Of a stretch of DNA of 64,000 nt, positions 19,253 to 27,665 are shown piece after piece (within the stretch, counting starts at the first letter, position 1; each line of letters begins with the position of its first letter). The notes beneath the pieces were generated by a model, which had not been told where the DNA came from, searched no databases, and was given only the letters and a program-made list of their open reading frames with translations. Position numbers and translations under genes: made by a program. Source of the stretch: Candidatus Pelearchaeum maunauluense (GTDB lineage: Archaea > Thermoproteota > Nitrososphaeria_A > Caldarchaeales > Caldarchaeaceae); contig JANVYQ010000007.1 of assembly GCA_030059675.1 (NCBI GenBank), positions 1 to 64,000 of the forward strand. Reading direction: 5' to 3'.

Positions 19253-20091
19253 ACCCCAACCAACACGCTTACCGCCCCGACGTAGAACGATACATGAGGG
19301 ATTTCCAAGAATATTAGTGCAGCCAATATTGACGCTACAACGGGCTCTAGGAGTGATAATGTGGATGCTTGAAACGGTGTTAGGTGCTTTAGTGATGAGA
19401 AGTGTAGAGTGTGTCCCAGGACTGTTGGGAAGAATGCCACAGCCAGGAGAGGCAAAACCTCAGCTGGGAGCGGAACAGTTATCTGTTTAAAAACCATCAA
19501 GCCAGCGCCTCCCATTATAACACCAGCGATTATGTATATAGGTGTCATTAAGAGAAGAACATTGCCAGCAGAGCGTACGGGCTTGCCCACGATTAGGTAG
19601 AGAGCCCAGAAGAAAGCGGCCATCAAGGCCTCAAGGTCTCCCAGCAGGTTTCCTGGAGATATTGAGGTCTCTGCGAGGGAGATTGTCAAGACTCCTAGAA
19701 AGGTGAGTATAAGCCCTAATAGGGCTAGCGGCTTAGGTGCGCTCCGCCAGATAATCCACGAGAGGAGCAGAACCATTGCTGGTGTTGTGTTGGTTAATAC
19801 TGTTGCGTTAAGTATTGTTGTATTCTTTACTGCTGAGATGAAGAAGATGAAGTGCAGACCTATGAGGAATGCAAGAACTATTATACGCTTACCATGGCCG
19901 CGATACTCGGAAATCCACAGCCTTTTGAAGAGGAGAATGTTAAGCAGCAGCATTAGCGCTGCCGCTATGACTAGCCTATAGAAGCCTAGCGATAGAGCGT
20001 CAAGCCTAGGGAGGAATCTTATTAGTATAGACGCTGTTCCGAAGAGGAAACCAGCCGCAACTCCTTGAGCTATTGAGGAAGCCCGCGACAT
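19234..20091 (-). CDS. DMT/EamA family transporter
   Basis: 10 TMs in two repeats, 'LLEPVVAS'. Confidence 0.88.
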   Translation of the reverse strand: MSRASSIAQGVAAGFLFGTASILIRFLPRLDALSLGFYRLVIAAALMLLLNILLFKRLWISEYRGHGKRIIVLAFLIGLHFIFFISAVKNTTILNATVLTNTTPAMVLLLSWIIWRSAPKPLALLGLILTFLGVLTISLAETSISPGNLLGDLEALMAAFFWALYLIVGKPVRSAGNVLLLMTPIYIIAGVIMGGAGLMVFKQITVPLPAEVLPLLAVAFFPTVLGHTLHFSSLKHLTPFQASTLSLLEPVVASILAALIFLEIPHVSFYVGAVSVLVGVYLVLK

Positions 20092-20164
20092 ACGTGATGT
20101 CTTTAAGGCCTAGAGGGTAAGCTAATAATATATTGATGACCGTTTATGAGGTTGGGCGTAAAGT

Positions 20165-21049
20165 ATGTTGGAGGCTGAGGATGTCGGTAGTTATCCAGTA
20201 GCGCCATACGGCGTTAAGGCTGACCAGACAATCCCCAAGATGAAGTTTCAGTATGGGAAAAGGTCTCTGGTATGGGCTGATGATATTGAATATTACGTAG
20301 CATCCCTCAGGCATGAGCGTTGGAGCCTTGAGCCTATTGTTGGTGGAATTGGCGGGAGCGTTTCAGACGTGGGTGGGGAGGGAATAGTCCAGCTAATCAC
20401 GATGCTGACCGAGCATGAGAGCTTCTTCATACAGGGAATAACCCAGCATATTCCGAGGATAAGCTGCTACTATACCGAGCCGCGCATAGCTCTTGCATAT
20501 ATAGCTAGAGATGATGCGAAACACCTAGATGGTCTCTTGTCATGCGTCAGAGGTAGAGATCTTGGTCGCATTTCTGCATCTTCGCAGTTCTCCCTTAAGA
20601 ATATCCTAGAATTAACAGATGTTTCAGAGTTTCTCTTCATAGCCGGGCTTATGGGTAAAGCTACCGTTGCGACAGTAGCGAGACATCTGGCTGGAAGGCT
20701 TAATACCAATACGCTGGGCGCGCTTCTTACACATATAGCGGAAGATGAAGAGAGACATGCTTCATTCGCCGCGGCTCATCTGAGACACCGAATCAAGATG
20801 GGCGACATGAATATCGACACCCTTGAAAACCTTGTTGAACGCTTTGAGCTCTATCTCATAGTTTCCTCAGGTATGGACGAGGCTAGCCAGGGGGAATTCA
20901 CCGCTTTACTTGGACGTGAAGGAGTTAGAGAAATGCTGCTTTCTATTGATAAGTCGCGTAAAGCTCTGCTACTGGAGGCAGGTCTCTCGGTAACTGATGT
21001 TGAGAGGCTTATGGGTAGGGCTGGCTTTGAGAAGAGCGGCTTCTGCTGA
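20165..21049 (+). CDS. Ferritin-like (di-iron fold) domain protein
   Basis: Helical protein with paired DDAKH and DEERH motifs. Confidence 0.65.
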   Translation: MLEAEDVGSYPVAPYGVKADQTIPKMKFQYGKRSLVWADDIEYYVASLRHERWSLEPIVGGIGGSVSDVGGEGIVQLITMLTEHESFFIQGITQHIPRISCYYTEPRIALAYIARDDAKHLDGLLSCVRGRDLGRISASSQFSLKNILELTDVSEFLFIAGLMGKATVATVARHLAGRLNTNTLGALLTHIAEDEERHASFAAAHLRHRIKMGDMNIDTLENLVERFELYLIVSSGMDEASQGEFTALLGREGVREMLLSIDKSRKALLLEAGLSVTDVERLMGRAGFEKSGFC

Positions 21050-21090
21050 AGCTTTTATGAGCTACCAATAACAATTAATCAGCGAACTAC

Positions 21091-22335
21091 ATGGAGCGGC
21101 ACCCGTCTAAGGAGATAATCGCCTCATATAGCGACGTGCTATCAGGTAAGCGTGTAGCCCTATGCATAACTGGCAGCGTGGCGGCTTACTTGGCTCCAGA
21201 GATAGCGCGGACGATAATGAGGTATGGTGCTGAAGTTTATCCTGTCATGACCGAAGAGGCTACTGAGCTAATAAGCCCAAGTATAATGGAATGGGCTACT
21301 GGGAATAAGCCAATTGTCAGGCTTACGGGTGGGATGGAGCACATAAAGCTTGCCGGCGAACACGAGGGCCGTGTTGACGCTATCGTCGTAGCACCCGCCA
21401 CCGCAAACACAATATCAAAAGCCGCACACGGAATAGCGGATAACGCAGTAACTACACTACTAAGCGTAGCCCTAGGCTCTGGCACACCCATCTTGATAGC
21501 TCCCGCCATGCACGAGCCCATGCTACGCAACAGAGCAGTAAGCGATTCAATAAAGACCCTCGGCGAGATGGGTGTTACTTTCATAGAACCGCGTGTTGAG
21601 GAGGGGAGAGCCAAGGTAGCCCTTCCTGAATCTATATGCAACCACCTTGTACGGCTTCTCCATCCAAAGAAACTCCCAAGCGGAAGTCATGTTATAGTGG
21701 CCGCTGGAGCGACGGTTGAATACATAGACCCCATAAGAGTGGTTACTAACTTAAGCTCAGGTAAGCTAGGCCTTTCAATAGCTCTAGAAAGCTTTAGACG
21801 CGGAGGCGATGTTACGCTTCTCATCGGACACTCCAAGATAGAGCCACCATACTACATCAACACGCGAAACGTGAAGACCACGCAAGAGTTGCGCGAGGCT
21901 CTCCGCGAGGAGATAGAAAAGAAAAGACCAATACTCTATTTCTCAACAATAGCAGTAGCAGACTATAGGCCTGCGAAGAGCTTTGAAAGAAAACTAGACA
22001 CGCGAAGCCATGGGAGATTATCGGTGGAGTTTGTCAGAAATGAGAAGGTCTTGCCCATGATTAAGGAGTTGTCTCCCAAGACTGTGGTTGTCGCGTTTAA
22101 GGCTGAGTATAATGTTGGGCGTGATGAGCTTATAGCTAGGGCGCGCGAGCTATTGCAGTATGCTGATGCTGTTTATGCTTCTGATGTCTCCAAGACAGAC
22201 TCCGCGTTCGGCTCAGAAACCAGTAGTGGTGTAATCGTAGCACGTGATATGGATGTTGTTTGGGTGGAGAAAGAAAGGAAGGATGTTTTGGCTTCTCGCC
22301 TACTTGACGTTGCCCAGCACTTGGCTAGCCTATGA
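21091..22335 (+). CDS. coaBC: Phosphopantothenoylcysteine decarboxylase/synthetase
   Basis: ITGSVAA, APATANT, PAMH, E.IDPIR..N.SSG, AVADY. Confidence 0.94.
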   Translation: MERHPSKEIIASYSDVLSGKRVALCITGSVAAYLAPEIARTIMRYGAEVYPVMTEEATELISPSIMEWATGNKPIVRLTGGMEHIKLAGEHEGRVDAIVVAPATANTISKAAHGIADNAVTTLLSVALGSGTPILIAPAMHEPMLRNRAVSDSIKTLGEMGVTFIEPRVEEGRAKVALPESICNHLVRLLHPKKLPSGSHVIVAAGATVEYIDPIRVVTNLSSGKLGLSIALESFRRGGDVTLLIGHSKIEPPYYINTRNVKTTQELREALREEIEKKRPILYFSTIAVADYRPAKSFERKLDTRSHGRLSVEFVRNEKVLPMIKELSPKTVVVAFKAEYNVGRDELIARARELLQYADAVYASDVSKTDSAFGSETSSGVIVARDMDVVWVEKERKDVLASRLLDVAQHLASL

Positions 22336-23077
22336 TGAATACGACCCTCACGCTTACAGTGTAGCTGGTTAGACCCTGCATTATAGGCGTCTCAACAGCC
22401 TTCTCGGCTCCTATAACTATAGGCGTGGGCGCTGAAACGTCGTTTATCTCTATGCTCTTTATCCCCTTTACGCTCACTCCCGCAGCAGCTATGGCTGCCT
22501 CTGCCCTAGAGTAAGCATCCTCAACAGCTTCGCGTATTAGTCTTTTCATAAGGTCTTTACGCGCCTCCTGAGAGAGTTGGAACACTATCCCGTAAACTCT
22601 ATTCGCCCCAGAATCTACGGCGCTGTCCAACACCTTCCCAATCAACGCTGGGTCGCGTATCCTCACCTCTATCGTGTGCTGCGCTATGTAGCCAACGATA
22701 GTTGGCGGGCTACCATCCCTATAATACTCATACTGGGGATATATTGAGTATCCAGTAGTTTTTATGAACTCATCAGATACTCCCAGGCTCTTGATTGTCT
22801 CTATCACGTTTGTTGATAGCTCTCCTGCTTTCCTGAGCGCCTCTTCTGGCGTCTTCTCCCTAATCTCAACACCAAACGTTATGACAGTCTCATCAGGTCT
22901 CACTTCAGTCGTCGCCAACCCCATAACGCTCAGCAAGTTCTCGTCGCTGTTTATCGTTGTGTTTAGCCCATCCTCAACCAAGGGCTTGCCTGTCAGAGAA
23001 GCGTAAGCCACAACACCCAGAGCCGCTATCGCTGCCAAAGCCACAACAGAAACATACAGAGGTATTCTCTCACTCAT
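22325..23077 (-). CDS. SIMPL (DUF541) domain protein
   Basis: N-terminal TM, V.G....V.PD, I.T..YSIYPQY, GAN.V.GI.F. Confidence 0.88.
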   Translation of the reverse strand: MSERIPLYVSVVALAAIAALGVVAYASLTGKPLVEDGLNTTINSDENLLSVMGLATTEVRPDETVITFGVEIREKTPEEALRKAGELSTNVIETIKSLGVSDEFIKTTGYSIYPQYEYYRDGSPPTIVGYIAQHTIEVRIRDPALIGKVLDSAVDSGANRVYGIVFQLSQEARKDLMKRLIREAVEDAYSRAEAAIAAAGVSVKGIKSIEINDVSAPTPIVIGAEKAVETPIMQGLTSYTVSVRVVFIIG

Positions 23078-23206
23078 GCCAAATACTAGGGTGTGACTGG
23101 GTTAAATTTCTAGTGATACGAACATGCCCTACTACACACGAGAACAGCTCTAAAACATGGTCTGGGGGATGGGGCTCACGCCCCACAGGCCTGGAGCATA
23201 GTGTAG

Positions 23207-23300
23207 TGGGGCCGCTGGGATTTGAACCCAGGATTTCCAGCGCTCCAGGCCGCTGAAGCTCCCCAGGCTGGAGTCATAGTCCAAGCTAGACCACGGCCCC
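23207..23300 (-). tRNA. tRNA-Pro(GGG) with 18-nt intron at canonical 37/38 (intron 23243-23260)
   Basis: GGGGCCG/CGGCCCC acceptor stem, D arm, CCAGC/GCTGG anticodon stem with CT-GGG-G, T arm CTGGG-TTCAAAT-CCCAG; bulge-helix-bulge can be drawn; CCA not encoded. Confidence 0.95.
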
Positions 23301-23369
23301 TGCTCATCTAAAGTTTCGTAGGTGGATTTTTAGGTTTTGCGCGCTATATAGTATCTCAATTTAGCGTTG

Positions 23370-23897
23370 TTATTTTGGTGGTCTAAACTTTATCCTTATT
23401 TCAATTTCTTCCTCTGGGTTGTTGCTTATGTAGTGAACCAACGCTGCCAGTAGGTTCTTCATGAGCATCTCCGCATCCTCGCCCTGTAGTCTGCTTGTAT
23501 ATATTTCAAGCCCGTCCAAGAGTTTTGATGCTATCTTGTATTCTCGGAATGGTATTCCCTTAAAGAGTGCTTTGGCTACGTTGATGAATGAGCCCCAGTC
23601 TATCTCCATGAGCGTCATTAGGCTCAGCTTTCCTCTCAGCTCCTCTGCTTCAAGCTTCTCCAGCTCCTCGCGGAGAGCGGTGAACCTAACCTTGTCCAGC
23701 TCCTTACGTCCAACGTCTGTTATCTCGTAGACGCCCTCCTCCCTCTTTTCAACCCAGCCCAGCCGCTGCATGTCAAGTAGGGCCACGTATATTGTCCTGT
23801 CTGGCTTGCCTGTCGCTTTGATGAACTCAGAGTAGCGTGTAGGTCCTTTTTCGTCTAGGAGCTGGAGTATTTGGTGTTTTACGGTTGTCTTGGTCAT
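23370..23897 (-). CDS. Winged-helix transcriptional regulator
   Basis: ILQLL..GP.RYSE...L..M...GWVEK.EEGVYEITDVG. Confidence 0.8.
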   Translation of the reverse strand: MTKTTVKHQILQLLDEKGPTRYSEFIKATGKPDRTIYVALLDMQRLGWVEKREEGVYEITDVGRKELDKVRFTALREELEKLEAEELRGKLSLMTLMEIDWGSFINVAKALFKGIPFREYKIASKLLDGLEIYTSRLQGEDAEMLMKNLLAALVHYISNNPEEEIEIRIKFRPPK

Positions 23898-23930
23898 CTT
23901 CTTGGGTGTTTATGGGGTCTGGTTATAATT

Positions 23931-23991
23931 ATACCTACCGAGTGTGTAGGAATGCTTATAAATAATGCTTTCCTACCTGATAGGTGGGTAT
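23931..23991. promoter_or_regulatory. Nested inverted repeat (putative twin operator) flanking a TATA-like box
   Basis: ATACCTACC..GTAGGAA-[TGCTTATAAATAATGCT]-TTCCTAC..GGTGGGTAT between divergent regulators. Confidence 0.6.
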
Positions 23992-24035
23992 GCGGCTAGG
24001 CCGCGACCCTCATAAAAAGGGGGAGGCGGTAGGAA

Positions 24036-24333
24036 ATGAAGCCCATAACAATCCACCTGCCCGAACACTATCTAGATGCACTAGACGAGCTAGTAAGAAA
24101 ACGCTACTATCCCAACAGGGGCTGAAGCGATAAGGATGGCCATAAGGGACTTCATAAAAACAGAGACCTACGAGGAAAACGGAGACAGAAGCTATACTGG
24201 TTTCCGCTGCTATCTCTGCGGTAAAATCTTCCTAAAGCCAGCAGACCTAGCTAGACACTTGTCTTGGTGCGGTAAGAACAGAAGGCGCGTACAACCCGCG
24301 GCAGGTGGGGCTTATAATGCCGCGAGAGAGTAG
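24036..24333 (+). pseudogene. Ribbon-helix-helix plus C2H-type zinc finger protein, +1 frameshift at G run 24118-24121
   Basis: MKPITIHLPEHYLDALDELVRKRYYPNR continues as AEAIRMAIRDFI...CYLCGKIF...LARH in the next frame. Confidence 0.8.
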
Positions 24334-24694
24334 TAACACCCAAACTGAGCGGCATAATCCCGAGACAACGCTCACAGAATTCTACAACCTATTCGCCGCA
24401 ATAGTAACACCAAACGGCGTTAAGATAATCAAGTTCCACATGCGCCGCATACTGGGCGAGGAGCCGGCCAAAGTGTTGGAGCAGAATCCCAAGCGCTTTG
24501 CAGAGGCATTCACGCAGCTTTTCGGATGCGAAGAGGCTGTAAGGATTGTTGAGCAGATGATAATAAGCCATTTTTCAATAGAGCTTGAATCTAACAAGAG
24601 TCTTATCGGTATGCTTAAGGAAGGACGTTATGAGGAATTTAACAGAACGCTATCAGCTTTTAATCAAGTGAGGGCTAGGAGCGGCTCGGTCTAG
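24305..24694 (+). CDS. Hypothetical helical protein (DUF3227-like)
   Basis: 'NPKRFAEAFTQLFG...IVEQMII' resembles archaeal DUF3227-type proteins; weak. Confidence 0.5.
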   Translation: MGLIMPRESSNTQTERHNPETTLTEFYNLFAAIVTPNGVKIIKFHMRRILGEEPAKVLEQNPKRFAEAFTQLFGCEEAVRIVEQMIISHFSIELESNKSLIGMLKEGRYEEFNRTLSAFNQVRARSGSV

Positions 24695-24750
24695 CCGCAT
24701 ACCCATACATATATTTACGTACAGCCGCCTTTACTATAAGGGGTTGAGTT

Positions 24751-25896
24751 TTGGGTCTGGACTTCAGCTTCAGTGAGGAGCAGGAGCTTTTCCGCAAGTC
24801 TGTTCGCGAGTTCGCTGAGCGTGAGATAAAGCCGCGCATTAAGGAGTATGAGGAGAAACGTGAATGGCCTTGGGAGATTTGGCGGCGCATGGCGGAGTTC
24901 GGCATCCAGGGATTATGCTATCCAAAGGAGTACGGCGGACTTGATGCAGATTACGTTACGGTAGGGATAGCTACCGAGGAGATAGCGCGGGCGGGTGGCC
25001 CTTATCCATCCCATATATGGGGGACGATAATAGCGAGGTATGGTAGTGAGGAGCAGAAGGAGCGTTGGATACCCAAAATCGTGAGAGGCGAGACGCTGGT
25101 CGGCGTGGGCTCAACGGAGCCGCGCGGCGGCTCTGACGCTGCTGGAATACAGACGAAAGCAGAGAGAAGGAACGACCACTACATCATAAATGGCGAGAAG
25201 CAGTTTGTCAGTCACATAAAGGAGTCGGAGGCATTCATAATAACTGCACGCACAGGCCCCTTGCCGCGCGACAAGGGAATAAGCACGATACTCGTGGAGC
25301 TTGACCGCGAGGGAATAGAGAAATATTACTTCAGGACTATGGGGTGGTGGTCCCACTCATTCGGCGGAATAAGATTCAACAACGTCCAAGTTCCTGTCAG
25401 CAATAGGATTGGGGAGGAGAATAAGGGCTTCAAGTATCTTATGATGACCTTTGATAAGGCGCGGGTTCTTTTGGGCTTATGGGCTCTTGGCTATGCTGAA
25501 GCAAGCCTTGAGGAGACGATGAGCTACGCCAAGCAGCGCGAGGTCTTCGGGAGGCCGCTGGCCAAGCTCATAAACGTCCAGTTTGACATAGCCGAGTCGT
25601 ATACGCGTATAGAGGCGGCCAAGCTCCTCTGCTACAGAGCATTATGGCTGGCTGACCAGCAGAGGCCGCATGTGAAGGAGTCTGCCATGGCTAAGTATTA
25701 TGCCCTCACTACAGCGTGCGACGTTATTGATAGGATGATTCAGATTCATGGCGCTGTCGGGATAACGTCGGAGCTTGAGCTGGAGAGGCGATACCGCGAT
25801 GTGAGGGGTATTAGGATAGGCGATGGAACTGATGAGATAATGAAGCTAATCGTAGCCCGCGAGCTTCTGGGCCGCGAGTACCTGCCATACCGCTAG
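24751..25896 (+). CDS. Acyl-CoA dehydrogenase
   Basis: TEPRGGSDAA, INGEKQF, QIHGAVG, IGDGTDEI. Confidence 0.95.
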   Translation: MGLDFSFSEEQELFRKSVREFAEREIKPRIKEYEEKREWPWEIWRRMAEFGIQGLCYPKEYGGLDADYVTVGIATEEIARAGGPYPSHIWGTIIARYGSEEQKERWIPKIVRGETLVGVGSTEPRGGSDAAGIQTKAERRNDHYIINGEKQFVSHIKESEAFIITARTGPLPRDKGISTILVELDREGIEKYYFRTMGWWSHSFGGIRFNNVQVPVSNRIGEENKGFKYLMMTFDKARVLLGLWALGYAEASLEETMSYAKQREVFGRPLAKLINVQFDIAESYTRIEAAKLLCYRALWLADQQRPHVKESAMAKYYALTTACDVIDRMIQIHGAVGITSELELERRYRDVRGIRIGDGTDEIMKLIVARELLGREYLPYR

Positions 25897-25915
25897 CCAG
25901 CGAGGTGGCGGGGGC

Positions 25916-26209
25916 TTGTCTGGGATAACGATACGGCAACTCCAGCAACACTTCAGGGAGCTGTACTTCGCGCGCGACAGCGCGCGTGGCGCTGAGCTAA
26001 CCTTCCTCTGGTTCGTCTCAGAGGTGGGCGAGGCTGCCGACGCCCTCAAGGACAGGGATGGCGATAAGCTTGAGGCCGAGATAGCCGACGTCCTCGCATG
26101 GCTGCTAAGCTTCTGCAACGTTGCTGGAATAGACTTGGAGCGTGCCGTGCTACATAAATACGGTGATGCATGTCCAAGGTGTGGGGCCAAGCCCTGCTCA
26201 TGTGACTAG
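25916..26209 (+). CDS. MazG-like nucleotide pyrophosphohydrolase
   Basis: EVGE..DA, EIADVLAWL, C-terminal CPRC..PC.C. Confidence 0.88.
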   Translation: MSGITIRQLQQHFRELYFARDSARGAELTFLWFVSEVGEAADALKDRDGDKLEAEIADVLAWLLSFCNVAGIDLERAVLHKYGDACPRCGAKPCSCD

Positions 26210-26214
26210 GTTTT

Positions 26215-27471
26215 ATGAAGCAGCTAAAGCTACACGCAACCACCGGGCCAGAGGCGAGGCGCGAGCGTGTAGAATGCCCAGAATGTAGGGGCGTCCCGCG
26301 TTATTGCAGCCTTAATGTCTGCCCTTACTTCAGAGGTCTTCTGAGCAGGGAAGCGCTGGAGCGCAAACTGTCCAGCGAGAGCGTATTCGGCCCAAGCCCG
26401 CCGACGGTCTTCGTAGGCTCATACGGCTACCCGAAAGTCCGTGTAGGGCCTATGCTAAGCCTGCTGGACGAGGAGCATGCAGCCCTCGCTGAAGACACCC
26501 AACGCTGGCTTGAGTTAGGGCTGGATAAGATACTTGACATAAGGCTGAGCATGCTCTATGGAAGGAGGTACAGCCCCGTAACGGCTGCTAGGAGTCAAGA
26601 GAGGCATGTTATGATTTTGCAGGAGCTTGCCATGTCTTTGAAGCCTGTTGATACTGAGGTCTGGCTTGAGAAACGGCCGCTTGTAAGGGCTGGGTTTCAG
26701 GTGAGGGCTGCCCCATTCGGCCCCTCAGCGCCTGCCAAGCGTGTCCAGATAGCTGAGAACCCCCAAGTCCCGCGCATCGTTGATAGGGTTGCCGCCGATA
26801 CCGACATGAAGGCGGAGGCGTCGGTGAACAAGCTATACACCGCAGGCCTGCGGGAGTATGATATAGTGAGGCTGTTGAGCGCTGGTCTGCTAGGCACGCG
26901 AATTGAGAGGCGCTTCGTCCCAACAGAGTGGAGCATAACCGCGGTTGACGACATCATAGGAAAGAGCCTCCGAAAGAATGTGAAGAGAAACGTGCTCATC
27001 AGCGATTTCCTATTCTACACAGCGTCAGGCGTGCATAACCGCGTGTCAGTAGCGCTGCTACCTCTCCCCTGGATGTTTGAGGTCGCCGAGTTCTGGCATC
27101 GCAACGGTGTCTCGGGCCCGTTTATGGACTCAGAACTACCTCTTGAACGGGACAGGTATCCTGAGAATGTAGGGGGCGCTTACCACGCTGTCAGGCTTCC
27201 CATTCTGGAGCACCTGCATAAGCTGCGAAGGCAGGCCGCTGCTATAGCTGTTATTGAGATATGGCCTGGCTGGATTCCCCTCGGCGTGTGGAGGTTTAGG
27301 GAGCTCGCAAGACGCGCACTAGCAGGGGAGCCGCGTAGATTTGACGACCTAAAGGAGCTGCTAAGCCACATGCGCGAGAGTATAGGAAGGCATCTAGACC
27401 TGTGGGTCAGGCGTAGCAGGGTTCTCAGGTTCTATGAGGAACAGCGCTCACTTGGTCTCTGGATGCGCTGA
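26215..27471 (+). CDS. nreA: Nre family DNA repair protein
   Basis: C..C.G...C....CP, G.SPP.VFVG..GYPKV, VPT.WSITAVDD, PLGVW, C-terminal PIP-like QRSLGLW. Confidence 0.88.
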   Translation: MKQLKLHATTGPEARRERVECPECRGVPRYCSLNVCPYFRGLLSREALERKLSSESVFGPSPPTVFVGSYGYPKVRVGPMLSLLDEEHAALAEDTQRWLELGLDKILDIRLSMLYGRRYSPVTAARSQERHVMILQELAMSLKPVDTEVWLEKRPLVRAGFQVRAAPFGPSAPAKRVQIAENPQVPRIVDRVAADTDMKAEASVNKLYTAGLREYDIVRLLSAGLLGTRIERRFVPTEWSITAVDDIIGKSLRKNVKRNVLISDFLFYTASGVHNRVSVALLPLPWMFEVAEFWHRNGVSGPFMDSELPLERDRYPENVGGAYHAVRLPILEHLHKLRRQAAAIAVIEIWPGWIPLGVWRFRELARRALAGEPRRFDDLKELLSHMRESIGRHLDLWVRRSRVLRFYEEQRSLGLWMR

Positions 27472-27618
27472 CTTGCGCTTCACAATCCTTATACGGCAGA
27501 AGAGAGCATCGCCATCCTTAATCTCAAATATCTTCCTAATCTCCTCTGGTATCGTTATCCTGCCACCAGCGGTAACCTCGGCGAAAAACGGTATATCCTC
27601 CTCGCTTATCTCAACCAT
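27448..27618 (-). CDS. AbrB/MazE/SpoVT family DNA-binding protein (56 aa, absent from ORF track)
   Basis: Translated by hand: MVEISEEDIPFFAEVTAGGRITIPEEIRKIFEIKDGDALFCRIRIVKRKSAHPETK. Confidence 0.85.
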   Translation of the reverse strand: MVEISEEDIPFFAEVTAGGRITIPEEIRKIFEIKDGDALFCRIRIVKRKSAHPETK

Positions 27619-27665
27619 CTCTGGCTGTTTCTGGACAATGACTGCTTATTAAAAATGCAGCCGCC

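Noticed and set aside
24123-24125. Selenocysteine readthrough of TGA in the RHH gene
   Set aside because: Homology continues in a different frame, so a frameshift, not readthrough, is required.
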